DNA from: Candidatus Gastranaerophilales bacterium | Lineage (GTDB): Bacteria; Cyanobacteriota; Vampirovibrionia; Gastranaerophilales; Gastranaerophilaceae | Length of the DNA stretch: 64,000 bases | Direction of reading: 5' to 3' | NCBI GenBank assembly: GCA_944324135.1 | Contig: CALUVE010000001.1 | Span: forward strand, 35,241-99,240 | In this document: piece by piece, positions 28,331 to 38,699 of the stretch | How the letters are laid out: the number at the start of each line of letters is the position of its first letter | Position numbering within the stretch: position 1 is the stretch's first letter | The notes under the pieces: generated by a model | The model's database searches: none | What the model saw: the letters and a program-made list of their open reading frames with translations, nothing else | What the model was told of the DNA's origin: nothing | Made by a program: the position numbers and the translations under genes

Positions 28331-29974
28331 ATGCGTATACTGGTAGTTGGCGGAGGAGCATGCGGTGCCAGTGCCGCAGCCAGATGCAGAAGATTAAATG
28401 ATGAAGCCGAAATAATTATTCTTGAAGCGACTGATGAAATTTCTATCGCAAACTGCGGGCTGCCATACTACACATCTGACGTAATAAATTCACGTGAAAA
28501 AATGATAGTCTCAAGCCCGATGAGATTTAAAAATCTTTTGAATATTGAAGTACGTCTTAATTCACGCGTGACAGAAATCAACAGAAAAAACAAAACCGTA
28601 ACTGTTAACGGTAAGGAAAATTTATCCTATGACAAACTGATTCTTGCAACAGGAGCATCTCCTGTGATACCTCCGATTGCAGGAGTTAACGGCAACAAAA
28701 TTTTTACAGTCAGAACCCTCAAAGACGGCGATGGAATAAAAGATATTTTACGCACAGGGAAAGCCAAAAATGCTGTAGTAATCGGCGGCGGTTTTATCGG
28801 AATTGAAATGGCTGAAAATTTTGTCCACGCAGGTTTGAATACAACCCTTGTTGAGTTGTCTGACCAGATTCTTGCACCTTTAGATAAAGAAGTCGCTGCC
28901 TTTGCACACAACACAATGCGCAAAAACGGAGTGGAACTTATTCTTGGTGACGGCGTGAAAGAATTTGAAAACGATTTTATAACACTAAATTCCGGCAAAA
29001 AAATCCCTTATGATATAGCAATTCTTGCAATCGGAGTTCGTCCTGATGTTGCGCTTGCAAAATCTGCAGGACTGGAAATCGGAACTCTTGGCGGAGTAAA
29101 AGTTAATGAATATATGCAGACCTCCGACCCTGATATTTACGCCGGAGGCGATAGCGTTGAGATTAAAGATTTTATCACCGGCAAAAACACTATTATTCCG
29201 CTTGCCGGCCCTGCAAACCGTCAGGGCAGAATTATTGCTGACAATATAAACGGATTTAAATCCGTTTACAAAAATTCTCAAGGGACAGCTGTTGTGAAAG
29301 TTTTTGACCTCACAATAGCAAATGTCGGCAATAACGAAAAACAGCTTTTGAAAAATAATATACCTTATAAAAAAACCTTTATTTTCAACAATTCACACGC
29401 AGGATATTATCCGGATGCAACTCGCACATTGTACAAACTTCTTTTTAACGAACAGGGCAAAATTTTAGGTGCGCAGGCAGCAGGATATGAGGGTGTTGAA
29501 AAAAGAATTGATGTTATCTCAACAATTATGAGGAATAACGGAACAATACAGGAGATGCTGGACAGCGAACTTTCCTATGCACCGCCATACGGTTCTGCAA
29601 AAGACGGCGTAAATATTCTGGGAATGCACGCGGATAATATTCTGAAAGGATTAGTCAAACCGGCATTTATGGAGGATTTAAAAGATTCTTTGCTGGTTGA
29701 TGTACGAGAAAAACCCTTTTTTGATGCCGAAACCATTGACGGCGCAATAAATATTCCGACATCACAAATGCGCGAAAGACTAAATGAAATTCCAAAAGAC
29801 AAAAAAATTGTATTGTTTTGTAACACAGGCTTTCAAAGTTATGTTGCCTCCAGAATTTTGTTACAAAAGGGTTACACGGAGGTTTTCAGCCTCTCTGGCG
29901 GGATTGAGCTGTTCAAAGAGCTTATAAAAGATGATACGCAAAGTTTTCAATTTTACAAATTGAGTAAGTTATAA
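28331..29974 (+). CDS. CoA-disulfide reductase / NADH oxidase family flavoprotein with C-terminal rhodanese domain
   Basis: VVGGGACGASAA FAD motif, the redox Cys in SIANCGLPYY, a second dinucleotide motif (VIGGGFIGIEMA), and a C-terminal rhodanese loop (LFCNTGFQS). Confidence 0.8.
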   Translation: MRILVVGGGACGASAAARCRRLNDEAEIIILEATDEISIANCGLPYYTSDVINSREKMIVSSPMRFKNLLNIEVRLNSRVTEINRKNKTVTVNGKENLSYDKLILATGASPVIPPIAGVNGNKIFTVRTLKDGDGIKDILRTGKAKNAVVIGGGFIGIEMAENFVHAGLNTTLVELSDQILAPLDKEVAAFAHNTMRKNGVELILGDGVKEFENDFITLNSGKKIPYDIAILAIGVRPDVALAKSAGLEIGTLGGVKVNEYMQTSDPDIYAGGDSVEIKDFITGKNTIIPLAGPANRQGRIIADNINGFKSVYKNSQGTAVVKVFDLTIANVGNNEKQLLKNNIPYKKTFIFNNSHAGYYPDATRTLYKLLFNEQGKILGAQAAGYEGVEKRIDVISTIMRNNGTIQEMLDSELSYAPPYGSAKDGVNILGMHADNILKGLVKPAFMEDLKDSLLVDVREKPFFDAETIDGAINIPTSQMRERLNEIPKDKKIVLFCNTGFQSYVASRILLQKGYTEVFSLSGGIELFKELIKDDTQSFQFYKLSKL

Positions 29975-30005
29975 TAAAATTGAAGATAAGAAAGCAGGGA
30001 TATAT

Positions 30006-30656
30006 ATGAAGAACGTAGTATCAGCAAAAGAGGCAGTAAGTTTAATAAAAGACGGCGACACAGTAATGCTCGGCGGATTTTTGAGCTGCGGAGCGCCGGA
30101 CGAATTGATAGATGCCCTTGTTGAACAGAACACCAAAGAGCTTACCCTCATTTGTAACGATACATCTTTCCCGCAGACAGACAAAGGGAAACTCATCGTA
30201 AACAAACAGGCAAAAAAAATCATCACCGCTCACATCGGCACAAATCCTGAAAGCGGCAGACAGATGCACGACGGAGATTTGGAAGTTGAGCTTGTACCGA
30301 TGGGAACTTTGATAGAAAAAATTCGTGCACACGGAGCCGGTTTGGGCGGAGTTTTAACTCCGACAGGCGTTGGTACTGATTTGGAAAAACACGGCAAAAC
30401 AATAGTTATTGATGATAAAAAATATATTTATGAAAAACCGCTCGGTGCAGATTTTGCACTAATTTACGGAACAAAGGTCGACAAGTTCGGCAATGTTGCA
30501 TTTTACGGAACAACAAGAAACCTGAATACAGTTATGGCAACAGCAGCAAACACCGTTATTGTGCAGGCTGATGAACTTGTAGACTGCCTTGAACCGAACG
30601 AAGTCGTTATACCGGGATTATTTGTAGATTATATAGTTGTACGGGAGGGGGAATAG
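30006..30656 (+). CDS. 3-oxoacid/acetate CoA-transferase subunit A
   Basis: The pattern DGDTVMLGGF..CG.P and 216 aa length, immediately followed by subunit B. Confidence 0.85.
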   Translation: MKNVVSAKEAVSLIKDGDTVMLGGFLSCGAPDELIDALVEQNTKELTLICNDTSFPQTDKGKLIVNKQAKKIITAHIGTNPESGRQMHDGDLEVELVPMGTLIEKIRAHGAGLGGVLTPTGVGTDLEKHGKTIVIDDKKYIYEKPLGADFALIYGTKVDKFGNVAFYGTTRNLNTVMATAANTVIVQADELVDCLEPNEVVIPGLFVDYIVVREGE

Positions 30657-30657
30657 A

Positions 30658-31344
30658 ATGGAAGCTATGCTTGAACAGAAATTAACAAAAGAACAAATCC
30701 GTGCAATTATCGCAAAACGTGCCGCAAAAGAGTTTCAAGACGGTGATATTGTGACTCTCGGCATTGGCTTGCCAACAGAGGTAGCCAATTATATTCCGGC
30801 AGACAAAAATGTTATATTCCAATCAGAAAACGGTATTTTAGGACTCGGCAAAAGCCAGAGCGGGCCTGATTTTGATGACAGGATTATAAACGCAGGGGGC
30901 GGACTTGTTGAGGCAAATTACGGCGCGTGTTTTTATGATGCGCTGATGGCTTTCACAATGATGAGAGGCGGACATATTGATGCCACAGTTCTTGGCGCTC
31001 TTCAGGTAGATGAAGAGGGAAGTCTTGCCAGCTGGTGTATCCCCGGAAAATTTGTTCCGGGAATGGGCGGCTCTATGGATTTGGTTGTAGGCGCGAAAAA
31101 AGTTATTGTCGTTATGGAACATATTTCCAAAAACGAAATTAAAATAGTCAAAAAATGTACACTTCCTTTGACTGCATACAGAGAAGTTGATTTGATTATT
31201 ACGGAACGCTGCGTGCTGAAAGTCACACCGGACGGACTCCTGCTGACAGAAATTAACCCTATGTATACGGTTGAAGATATTAAAAACTCCACGACTGCTG
31301 ATTTTAAAATCAGCCCTGATTTAAAATATATGGATGTGGATTAA
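30658..31344 (+). CDS. 3-oxoacid/acetate CoA-transferase subunit B
   Basis: Start set at the ATG 1 nt after the subunit A stop, with a GGGAGGGG RBS. Contains the SENG motif (FQSENGILG) with the catalytic Glu. Confidence 0.85.
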   Translation: MEAMLEQKLTKEQIRAIIAKRAAKEFQDGDIVTLGIGLPTEVANYIPADKNVIFQSENGILGLGKSQSGPDFDDRIINAGGGLVEANYGACFYDALMAFTMMRGGHIDATVLGALQVDEEGSLASWCIPGKFVPGMGGSMDLVVGAKKVIVVMEHISKNEIKIVKKCTLPLTAYREVDLIITERCVLKVTPDGLLLTEINPMYTVEDIKNSTTADFKISPDLKYMDVD

Positions 31345-32258
31345 TATCTGAGCGGAATTTTTGAGCGGTTAATTTTCTTTTTTTCGTACCCGAAATTTGA
31401 TAACATTCGGCAGGTGCTTGTGTAGAAAATATTTTCCTCAAGTGTCGGACCGATGTTGATTGAATCTACCGTTCGTTTGCGGAATTTGTATTCAATATAC
31501 GGAACAAAAAGCCCGTTTTTCTCAAAGATTTTTGTCTGCTTAAAGGCATCATTGCGGAAATTATTTATAAAAATTATGCGGTATTCCTTTTCATCTTTAA
31601 AATGCGGGTTTTTAAAGAACAAACTGATTACACTCAGAATATCAATCAGTTCAAAAAGGACATCAAGTTTTTTATCGTTGTTTTTCTGAGAGCTGCGGGC
31701 GCGGGAAAGTTTTTCAAACTCTTTATTCCATTTTTCAAAAATCATTTTGAGAATAGTAAGCTGGGTGTTTCTGTTATAAATAATGTTTCCGTAAACAGAC
31801 GGAAAACCCTGTTTTTCCATATCGGCAATCAAATCTTTTTTACAAAATCCTATATTGTAGCCGGTATATGTCTGCCCTTTTGAATAATTATTCCAGAGAG
31901 TAAGGTTGTCATTATCCGTAGAAAATGAAATGGTGTAATATTCATATTTATTACCGGAGCTGTCATCTCCGTCTATAATATTTTTGTACCGGTGGTAGAA
32001 ATGCTCTTTAATTTTTGAGAACAAATCCCGATTAAGCTCCGGCATTTCTTCGATTAGAGTACCAATAAGTCTGTAGGAATAGGTAACTTCTTCTTTATCG
32101 TTCAAGAAAAGAGCGTTTGAAAATCTTATTGTGCCGGATTCAAGTATACTGAGAAGTTTTTCGGGTTTGGTATAGTGGTACAAAGAACCATCAGTGCCGT
32201 CATCAAGAATTTTTCTTACTTTAGGAATTTTTTCCAGCAAACTGTCATAATCAATCAT
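31341..32258 (-). CDS. DUF2971-family protein
   Basis: N-terminal LYHYTKPEKLLSILESGTIRFSNALFLNDKEE matches the hallmark YHYT..L..IL....L..S....LNDxxE of DUF2971. Confidence 0.65.
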   Translation of the reverse strand: MIDYDSLLEKIPKVRKILDDGTDGSLYHYTKPEKLLSILESGTIRFSNALFLNDKEEVTYSYRLIGTLIEEMPELNRDLFSKIKEHFYHRYKNIIDGDDSSGNKYEYYTISFSTDNDNLTLWNNYSKGQTYTGYNIGFCKKDLIADMEKQGFPSVYGNIIYNRNTQLTILKMIFEKWNKEFEKLSRARSSQKNNDKKLDVLFELIDILSVISLFFKNPHFKDEKEYRIIFINNFRNDAFKQTKIFEKNGLFVPYIEYKFRKRTVDSINIGPTLEENIFYTSTCRMLSNFGYEKKKINRSKIPLRY

Positions 32259-32347
32259 CTACGTAAACTCCAAATGTATATTTATATTATAACACATTTT
32301 CACACATAGTACCACCAGAGAGGCAAACATCTTGTTTGCAGCGGTAT

Positions 32348-32377
32348 AAATGAAAAGCTGCACATTTGATGTGCATC
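32348..32377 (-). terminator. Possible intrinsic terminator downstream of the TrmB-like gene
   Basis: TGCACAT/ATGTGCA 7-bp stem, followed on the minus strand by GCTTTTCATTT. A second small hairpin (GCAAACA/TGTTTGC) lies at 32323-32339. Confidence 0.35.
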
Positions 32378-32408
32378 TCAAAATAAAGCCGACATCTATC
32401 CGTATTTA

Positions 32409-33230
32409 CTAGTGGATTTTGTACTTGGAGGTATTTGTCATAACCTTTTCTTTCAATCGTTTTAAACCGGCACCGTAGAAATATTTAAGCTGTTCCGGGA
32501 ATTGATGCTGAATATCTATCAAATACATATCGTGTACGATAAATTCTTTTATCAAAAACACGATATCTTCATTTTTTGTCCAGATAACCTGAGCGTCCTC
32601 GTGTTTTGTATTGTCTGTTTTTCCAAAAAGCCCCTCAGTATTGTCTGCCGCAATAAAAATCATTCTGCCGCCGACACTGTACTCGATTTCCCGCCCGCTT
32701 GCGTGTTGAAAAACTGTTCCTATAACCGTCTGCAAAGAGTCATACCCGACAATTTTTATATCCAGCCCGCGGTTGTACGCATCCATTAATACCGGCTCAA
32801 GCTGTTTGAAATCTTTTGCCCAAATCTCCATGTATATTTCTTTTTGGGCATTTGAGATAACCTCTATAACCTTATCCATAATCGGAATATTGCCGCTGAC
32901 GGTTAATATCGGTTCTGTATGGTCACTTTTTACATTAGGCAGTTTCTTCTCCAGAAAATCAAGAGTAGATGTTATTTTCCGTCTGTATCTTTTTGTTAAT
33001 TCTTTAGGCTTGATTGGTGTGTAAGTTTCCGGTTTTGTTCCTGAGGAAACAGCGATTCCTGCAATTTCAAGAGATTTTAGCGTATCATAAGCGCGGGATT
33101 GCGGAATATCAGCAAGTTTTGCGACCTCATATCCCGTTGAGGGATATTTTTTCAACAGTGCAAGATAAACTTTCGCCTCGTAGCTGTTTAACCCCAGTTC
33201 TTTAAGTTTTTCAACAACTTCATCACTCAT
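32409..33230 (-). CDS. TrmB-family transcriptional regulator
   Basis: N-terminal LGLNSYEAKVYLALLKK..GYEVAKLADIPQSRAYDTLKSLE wHTH typical of TrmB, with a C-terminal effector-type domain. Confidence 0.75.
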   Translation of the reverse strand: MSDEVVEKLKELGLNSYEAKVYLALLKKYPSTGYEVAKLADIPQSRAYDTLKSLEIAGIAVSSGTKPETYTPIKPKELTKRYRRKITSTLDFLEKKLPNVKSDHTEPILTVSGNIPIMDKVIEVISNAQKEIYMEIWAKDFKQLEPVLMDAYNRGLDIKIVGYDSLQTVIGTVFQHASGREIEYSVGGRMIFIAADNTEGLFGKTDNTKHEDAQVIWTKNEDIVFLIKEFIVHDMYLIDIQHQFPEQLKYFYGAGLKRLKEKVMTNTSKYKIH

Positions 33231-33268
33231 AAAAAAATTATAACATATTTCCCTTGAAAAATATACTT

Positions 33269-34183
33269 TTACGCTCTCGGGTGGGTTTCGTTATAGACCT
33301 CTTTCAGATGCTGGGCTGATATGTGGGTGTAAATCTGGGTGTTAGAAATGCTTGCGTGCCCCAGAAGTTCCTGTACAACCCTTAAATCCGCTCCGTTTTC
33401 TATCAAATGAGTGGCAAAACTATGCCTGAATACGTGCGGGGTGACTTTTTTAGGCAAATCTATTTTTTCTACAACTTCGTTTATTACATTTCTTATTGTT
33501 TTGGTTTGCAAACGGTAGCCTGTGTTGTTTATAAAAACCGGCGAACTGTCGGTAGGCTCTTCCAGTTTGTAACCTTTTGGTATCAGCGCTCTTGCGGATT
33601 CAATATACCGTTCAAGGTATGTCTTCGCCCTGTTTGATACTAGTATAATTCTTTCTTTTGCACCTTTCCCAAAAACTCTGATTTCGTTATTTTCAAGGTT
33701 CAAATCCCCAAAATTAAGTCCAGCCAGCTCTGAAACCCGCATTCCTGTCGCCCACAAGAGTTCCAAAATCGCTCTGTTTCTGTATCCGGAGGGCGTCTCT
33801 ATCTTAATATTATTTAAAATTCTTTCAACCTCCTCCGGTGTCAGAAATTTGGGAAGAGATTTCGGGAGTTTTGGCGCTGTAATACCTATTGCCGGATTGT
33901 TTTCCACTTTCTTTTCTCTGTATAAATATTTGTAAAAAGTTCTTAAAGATGCAATTTTTCTGGCAATTGTTGATTTTTTGTAATGAAATTTCTGTATAAA
34001 ATGCAAATATTCACGAATTTTAGGAAACGTAACATCCTCGCAATATCCGCCATCCAGCCACAACAAAAAGCTCAAAACGTCGGAGCAGTAGGCTTTTGCT
34101 GTGTGTTTGGAAAAATTTTTCTCCACAATTATATAGGACTTAAAATCTTCTAAAGTCTGTTTTGAATCTGCATTTAATCCCAT
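33269..34183 (-). CDS. Tyrosine recombinase, XerC/XerD type
   Basis: N-terminal SAM-like domain and the catalytic signature ATGMRVSEL, HVFRHSFATHL, LGHASISNTQIYTH. Confidence 0.85.
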   Translation of the reverse strand: MGLNADSKQTLEDFKSYIIVEKNFSKHTAKAYCSDVLSFLLWLDGGYCEDVTFPKIREYLHFIQKFHYKKSTIARKIASLRTFYKYLYREKKVENNPAIGITAPKLPKSLPKFLTPEEVERILNNIKIETPSGYRNRAILELLWATGMRVSELAGLNFGDLNLENNEIRVFGKGAKERIILVSNRAKTYLERYIESARALIPKGYKLEEPTDSSPVFINNTGYRLQTKTIRNVINEVVEKIDLPKKVTPHVFRHSFATHLIENGADLRVVQELLGHASISNTQIYTHISAQHLKEVYNETHPRA

Positions 34184-34265
34184 TTGTAACCTTGTTGCTT
34201 TTTTATATTATATATTATACAATATAATCAAAAGATTAGTATAGTGAAAAACTGTAGGAGAAAAC

Positions 34266-36068
34266 ATGAATTGTAAAAAGTTTTTAGTGTCATCTATGAT
34301 TTTAGCAAGCGTCCTGTGTGCTGCATCTAATGCCTTTGCCGCTGAAATTCAAGCTAAAGTCGAAAAAAGCTATGTTGAAATTGATAAATTACTTGAATAT
34401 AACGAATATGAACGCGCAGACAAAATGATTTCGGAAGCTATGCAACAAAATCCGAAAGATGTTCAGCTGAAAGCTTTGAGAACCGTTTCTCTTGCAAAAC
34501 AATACAAACTTGCCCCGGCGCAAACTGAACTTGATACTCTTTTGAAAGAATATCCGAACAACCCGGATTTGCACTATGCTCAAGGTCTTGTCTATATGAT
34601 GCGCCAAACATCTTCCGATGTTGAATATATTAAAAACACAAGAAATCTCTTGAATTCTGCAGTAAAAGAATTTGTACAAACAGTAAATCTCGACAGTAAT
34701 CACTATCAGGCTTATAACGCAATGGGCGTAGCCACTTTGAAACTCGGTAACAAAAAAGACGCAAGAGAGTTGTTTAACCTTGCATTGCAGGTAAATCCAG
34801 AATTTGCAAACGCTTACGACAACCTCGGTGTACTGGAAATGCTTGAGGGCAACCTTGATGCTGCAGAAGCTCAATTCCAGAAAGCTCTGAAATTCAACAC
34901 CCACAACCCGACATCTATGTATCACATGGCTCAGGTTGCAGCAAGACAGGGTGATTATTCAAAAGCTTTAACCTGGATTAACCACTCAATCCACATCAAT
35001 CCGAACTCTTCTCCTGCTTTGAACCTGCAGGGTGAGTTATACCTCAAACAGGGCAACCAGCCGGCAGCTATCAACTCTTTCAAAAAAGCTGTTGCCGTAA
35101 AACCGGAAAACTCCAGACCTTACGTAAACCTCGCTAATGTTTACGAAAAACGCGCAGATGCCGAATTTGCAATGGAACAATTAAAAACCGTTCTGGCTAT
35201 CAATCCGAGATTCACTCAAGGGATAATCCGCGTTGCTGATTTGTCTCTGGAAACTAAAAAGTATGATCAGGCTCTTGAATACTATTCAAAATTAATCGGT
35301 GATGAAGATTACAATGACGATGCTATCATCGGACTTGCAAATACTTATTATGAAATGTCAAGAGATGAGGCTGACAGTAACTCTTTCACAACAAACAAAG
35401 ACCTCTATCTTGCATACGATTACATCAATCAGGCTCTTGAAAGAACACCTTATGACCTGAAACTTCACCTTGCAAAAATTAAAATTGCAAACCTTACTCA
35501 CCAGATGGATTTGTCTAAGGACAGCTTGAACTATATCGTACAAACAGCAAGCAACAACCTCATGGATTCCGTAATCAAAGGTGAAGCATATCTTGCTCTC
35601 GGCAGAGAAAAAGATGCTGTTTATACATTCGAAAATGCTATAAACTTCTCTGAAACTCTTGACGATGACCTGTATCTGGCAGAAATTCTTCTCCAGCACA
35701 AACAATTCAGAACAGCAAGAGTTGCTCTCAAAAAAGCTCTCACCAGAGACCCTAACAATGTAATTGCTAAAAATACTATGAATTACATTGATTTATGCGA
35801 AATTAAATCAAATGAGTTCTTTGATGTTGCACAAAGACAATACAAAGAAGCAAATTATGCATCTACTATAGAATACTGCAACCGTGCAATTGACTTCTTC
35901 CACAACGGGCCGCATATTGCTAAATTGAAAGCAATGGCTTATGAACAGGAAAAGAACTATCAAGGTGCAATAAAATATTATTCACAATACCTGTCATACA
36001 GTCCTGATGCAGCCGACAAAGCTGAAGTTCAAAAGAAAATTGAAAAATATAAAACAAAAGTTCAATAA
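34266..36068 (+). CDS. Secreted tetratricopeptide-repeat (TPR) protein
   Basis: Signal peptide ending in AFA, with many 34-aa TPR units (..A..Y..AL..NP....A...LG..). Confidence 0.8.
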   Translation: MNCKKFLVSSMILASVLCAASNAFAAEIQAKVEKSYVEIDKLLEYNEYERADKMISEAMQQNPKDVQLKALRTVSLAKQYKLAPAQTELDTLLKEYPNNPDLHYAQGLVYMMRQTSSDVEYIKNTRNLLNSAVKEFVQTVNLDSNHYQAYNAMGVATLKLGNKKDARELFNLALQVNPEFANAYDNLGVLEMLEGNLDAAEAQFQKALKFNTHNPTSMYHMAQVAARQGDYSKALTWINHSIHINPNSSPALNLQGELYLKQGNQPAAINSFKKAVAVKPENSRPYVNLANVYEKRADAEFAMEQLKTVLAINPRFTQGIIRVADLSLETKKYDQALEYYSKLIGDEDYNDDAIIGLANTYYEMSRDEADSNSFTTNKDLYLAYDYINQALERTPYDLKLHLAKIKIANLTHQMDLSKDSLNYIVQTASNNLMDSVIKGEAYLALGREKDAVYTFENAINFSETLDDDLYLAEILLQHKQFRTARVALKKALTRDPNNVIAKNTMNYIDLCEIKSNEFFDVAQRQYKEANYASTIEYCNRAIDFFHNGPHIAKLKAMAYEQEKNYQGAIKYYSQYLSYSPDAADKAEVQKKIEKYKTKVQ

Positions 36069-36070
36069 TT

Positions 36071-36328
36071 ATGGCTAAATTTGACATACGAAAATCATTT
36101 GAAATGTTCTTGATGGAACCCTTGAGTATCTTAAAAGTAGGGTTATTCCAGATTGTACATCTTCAATCAAACATTTTCAGTCAAAAACCTGCTGTAAATA
36201 TAGATTTAACAGAAAAGAAAACTCAGATTACGGTTGTTAACAGTGAAAAAATGTACAATTTATTTCAAACAGTATTGTACAAGCAAAAACTAAAAGAGCA
36301 GCAGAAAAAAGCGTTATCAACAAAATGA
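36071..36328 (+). CDS. Small hypothetical protein, translationally coupled between the TPR gene and engB
   Basis: Starts 2 nt after the TPR stop and overlaps engB by 4 nt (ATGA). No recognisable domain. Confidence 0.35.
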   Translation: MAKFDIRKSFEMFLMEPLSILKVGLFQIVHLQSNIFSQKPAVNIDLTEKKTQITVVNSEKMYNLFQTVLYKQKLKEQQKKALSTK

Positions 36329-36903
36329 GCACAAACTTGAAATACTTACAGGCTAAATTTGTAGTGAGCGCTGAAAAACTTTCACAGTGCCCTGAATTTG
36401 AACTTCCTGAATATCCGCTTCTGGGTCGTTCTAATGTGGGCAAGTCCTCTTTTATCAACGGACTTGCAAACCACAAAAAACTTGCAAAAACCTCAAATAC
36501 CCCCGGGAAAACAAGATTAATAAACTTTTTTAATTTTTCAGACAAATTCACCCTTGCAGACCTCCCGGGCTACGGATACGCAAAAGTATCAAAAGAAGCT
36601 CAAAACCGCTGGCAAAAGTATCTGGAAGAGTATCTGCTCAACCGAAAACAAATAAAAAGCCTTGTACAACTGATTGACGGCCGACATGAAATTCAAAAAA
36701 ATGACTTTCAAATGAGAGAGTGGGTTAATAATTACAAACTCCCAATAATTACCGTTGTTACAAAAATGGATTACGTGCCGAAATCAAAAACTTTAAACGT
36801 CCTAAAAAAAGTAGAAAAAGAATTTGGCGGACTTGTACTCCCTTTCAGTGCAATAGATAACAGATATAACGAAAAAATCTTAGAATATTTTCTCTCTGAA
36901 TAA
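36325..36903 (+). CDS. engB: Ribosome-biogenesis GTPase EngB/YsxC
   Basis: GRSNVGKSSFIN (G1), DLPGYG (G3) and TKMD (G4) motifs. Confidence 0.85.
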   Translation: MSTNLKYLQAKFVVSAEKLSQCPEFELPEYPLLGRSNVGKSSFINGLANHKKLAKTSNTPGKTRLINFFNFSDKFTLADLPGYGYAKVSKEAQNRWQKYLEEYLLNRKQIKSLVQLIDGRHEIQKNDFQMREWVNNYKLPIITVVTKMDYVPKSKTLNVLKKVEKEFGGLVLPFSAIDNRYNEKILEYFLSE

Positions 36904-37007
36904 TCCTCTATCTGTAGGATTAAAATGAATATTTGAACTGTTATAATAAAAATGCGGGGTAGATATTAACGTTTTCTAAAAAAACTACAAGTACGGGGGA
37001 ATGCTCT

Positions 37008-37241
37008 ATGAATAGTCTGGATTTTATCGAAGATGAAGAATTTTACCCTCAAAACAACGGAGAAATCTCCGAATCAATTACGCAGAACTGGACAGAACAG
37101 GCAATAGAATGTTACACAGTCTGTGCTGATTGCAAAAAATGTTCATTATCAAAGGGGAATTACTCCTTTATATGTCAGATGCCGAGAGTTGTAAAACAAC
37201 TTTTGGCATCGTGTGGAAAACCGCAATTAACTCCTATTTAA
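37008..37241 (+). CDS. Small Cys-rich hypothetical protein
   Basis: 77 aa (CYTVCADCKKCS...C...C). An extended -10 (TGTTATAAT) lies at 36939-36947 and a terminator follows the gene. Confidence 0.4.
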   Translation: MNSLDFIEDEEFYPQNNGEISESITQNWTEQAIECYTVCADCKKCSLSKGNYSFICQMPRVVKQLLASCGKPQLTPI

Positions 37242-37282
37242 ATACTAACCAATTTTTCTTGTGCTGACAAAAAAGTGTCTGG

Positions 37283-37310
37283 GGGAGATATAATTTCTCC
37301 CTTTTTATTT
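37283..37310 (+). terminator. Intrinsic terminator
   Basis: GGGAGA/TCTCCC stem with a 7-nt loop, followed by TTTTTATTTT. Confidence 0.6.
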
Positions 37311-37413
37311 TGTGTTTTCTACAAAAAACTCTTTCAATATGTAAATTTTTCGGCAAATTTTATTAACAACATTTTGTCTTTTAATTAATATATTTATTAA
37401 TTAGAGAGAAATT

Positions 37414-38682
37414 ATGAAAAAATTTTTACTCCTAATTTCATTTATTATATTAATAACACCTCCGGTAAATGCAGAGGTGCAAAAGGTTTCTCTCGATGAA
37501 GCAATTGATATTGCGCTGGAACAAAATCTTGAATTGCAGGCAAAGCGTAAGGATTATGAAATTTACCAGCAGGAAGTAAAAATAGCAAACGCCTTAAAAA
37601 ACCCTCAATTCCAATCAAATTTCCTGCTCGGAAAAGTTAACACCGGAAACTCCAGCCAATTTGGTATTGCGCTCCCTTTTGAAATAGCCAAAAGAGGTGT
37701 GAGGAAAAAAGCTGCGGAAGCAAAACTCAAATCTGTTGAACATGAAATAAGACTTGCAGAACACAATGTAAAAATCAATGTTATGGAAGAGTATTTCAAT
37801 GTTTTGTATATGAAATCACTGTTAAAAATAGCAAATGACAGGGAAGAAATTTTCAAAGAAATGTCAGAAATTGCTCATTCCAAACCGCAAACTTCACTCA
37901 ATTACAAAATAGATATTCTTCAATCTGACATAAAACATAAAAAATTACTTGTTCAATTGAACGCAGCAAAGGCAAATCTTCTGAGAGCCCAGTTTGATAT
38001 GAATAGAGCAATGGACGTTGAGGATGATCTTATTCTGTATGACACAATGGAAAAATCCCTTTTCGGGGATGTCAGCATCCTTAAAATAGAACTTCCCGAC
38101 TATCAGACAATAGAAGATATTGCGTTCAGATACAGTTATTCTATAAAGGTTGTTGACTCCGACATAGAAAAATTATCCAGAGATATAAAGGTTGAAAAAC
38201 ACAAAGTTATACCTGATGTAACACTTGCAAGCGGGTATGCATACCAGACAGCCCGCCAGACAGGAAAAGAAGCTCTCCCCGGTGCTTATATTGGTGTTTT
38301 TGCTGATATTCCTGTTTTATACACATACAGACCTGATGTTAAACGGGCTGTTTTTATCTATGAAAAAGCAAAGATGGATAAAAAATCTTATGAAAACAAG
38401 TTGAAATTAGCTCTTAAAACAAATTACAATGACTTTATTTATTCAAAAGAGAATATGGAATATTATAAAGATATTCTCCAATATTCAAAAGAAATTCTCA
38501 AAATGTCTACAGAAAGATACAGAAAAGGCGAGACAACTCTATTAGGGTTAATGTGGAACGAAAATGCTTATCAGGAAACAATGCATGAATATCTTGATAT
38601 GATGAATACTTATTACAGTGCATATTTAAGTTTGATGCATAATATGGGTCACGATTTTATATTAAACGATGATATTATTTAA
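37414..38682 (+). CDS. TolC-family outer-membrane efflux protein
   Basis: Signal peptide and two repeated coiled-coil/beta-barrel halves with OEP-family patterns (LDEAIDIALEQNLELQA...). Confidence 0.75.
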   Translation: MKKFLLLISFIILITPPVNAEVQKVSLDEAIDIALEQNLELQAKRKDYEIYQQEVKIANALKNPQFQSNFLLGKVNTGNSSQFGIALPFEIAKRGVRKKAAEAKLKSVEHEIRLAEHNVKINVMEEYFNVLYMKSLLKIANDREEIFKEMSEIAHSKPQTSLNYKIDILQSDIKHKKLLVQLNAAKANLLRAQFDMNRAMDVEDDLILYDTMEKSLFGDVSILKIELPDYQTIEDIAFRYSYSIKVVDSDIEKLSRDIKVEKHKVIPDVTLASGYAYQTARQTGKEALPGAYIGVFADIPVLYTYRPDVKRAVFIYEKAKMDKKSYENKLKLALKTNYNDFIYSKENMEYYKDILQYSKEILKMSTERYRKGETTLLGLMWNENAYQETMHEYLDMMNTYYSAYLSLMHNMGHDFILNDDII

Positions 38683-38699
38683 TATTTTATTTTAAATAC

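Noticed and set aside
34389-34925. A 178-aa minus-strand ORF lies inside the TPR gene.
   Set aside because: It is antisense to a well-supported TPR CDS and has Cys/Phe/Val-rich composition typical of shadow frames in AT-rich DNA, with no start context. The same reasoning applies to 35358-35705.
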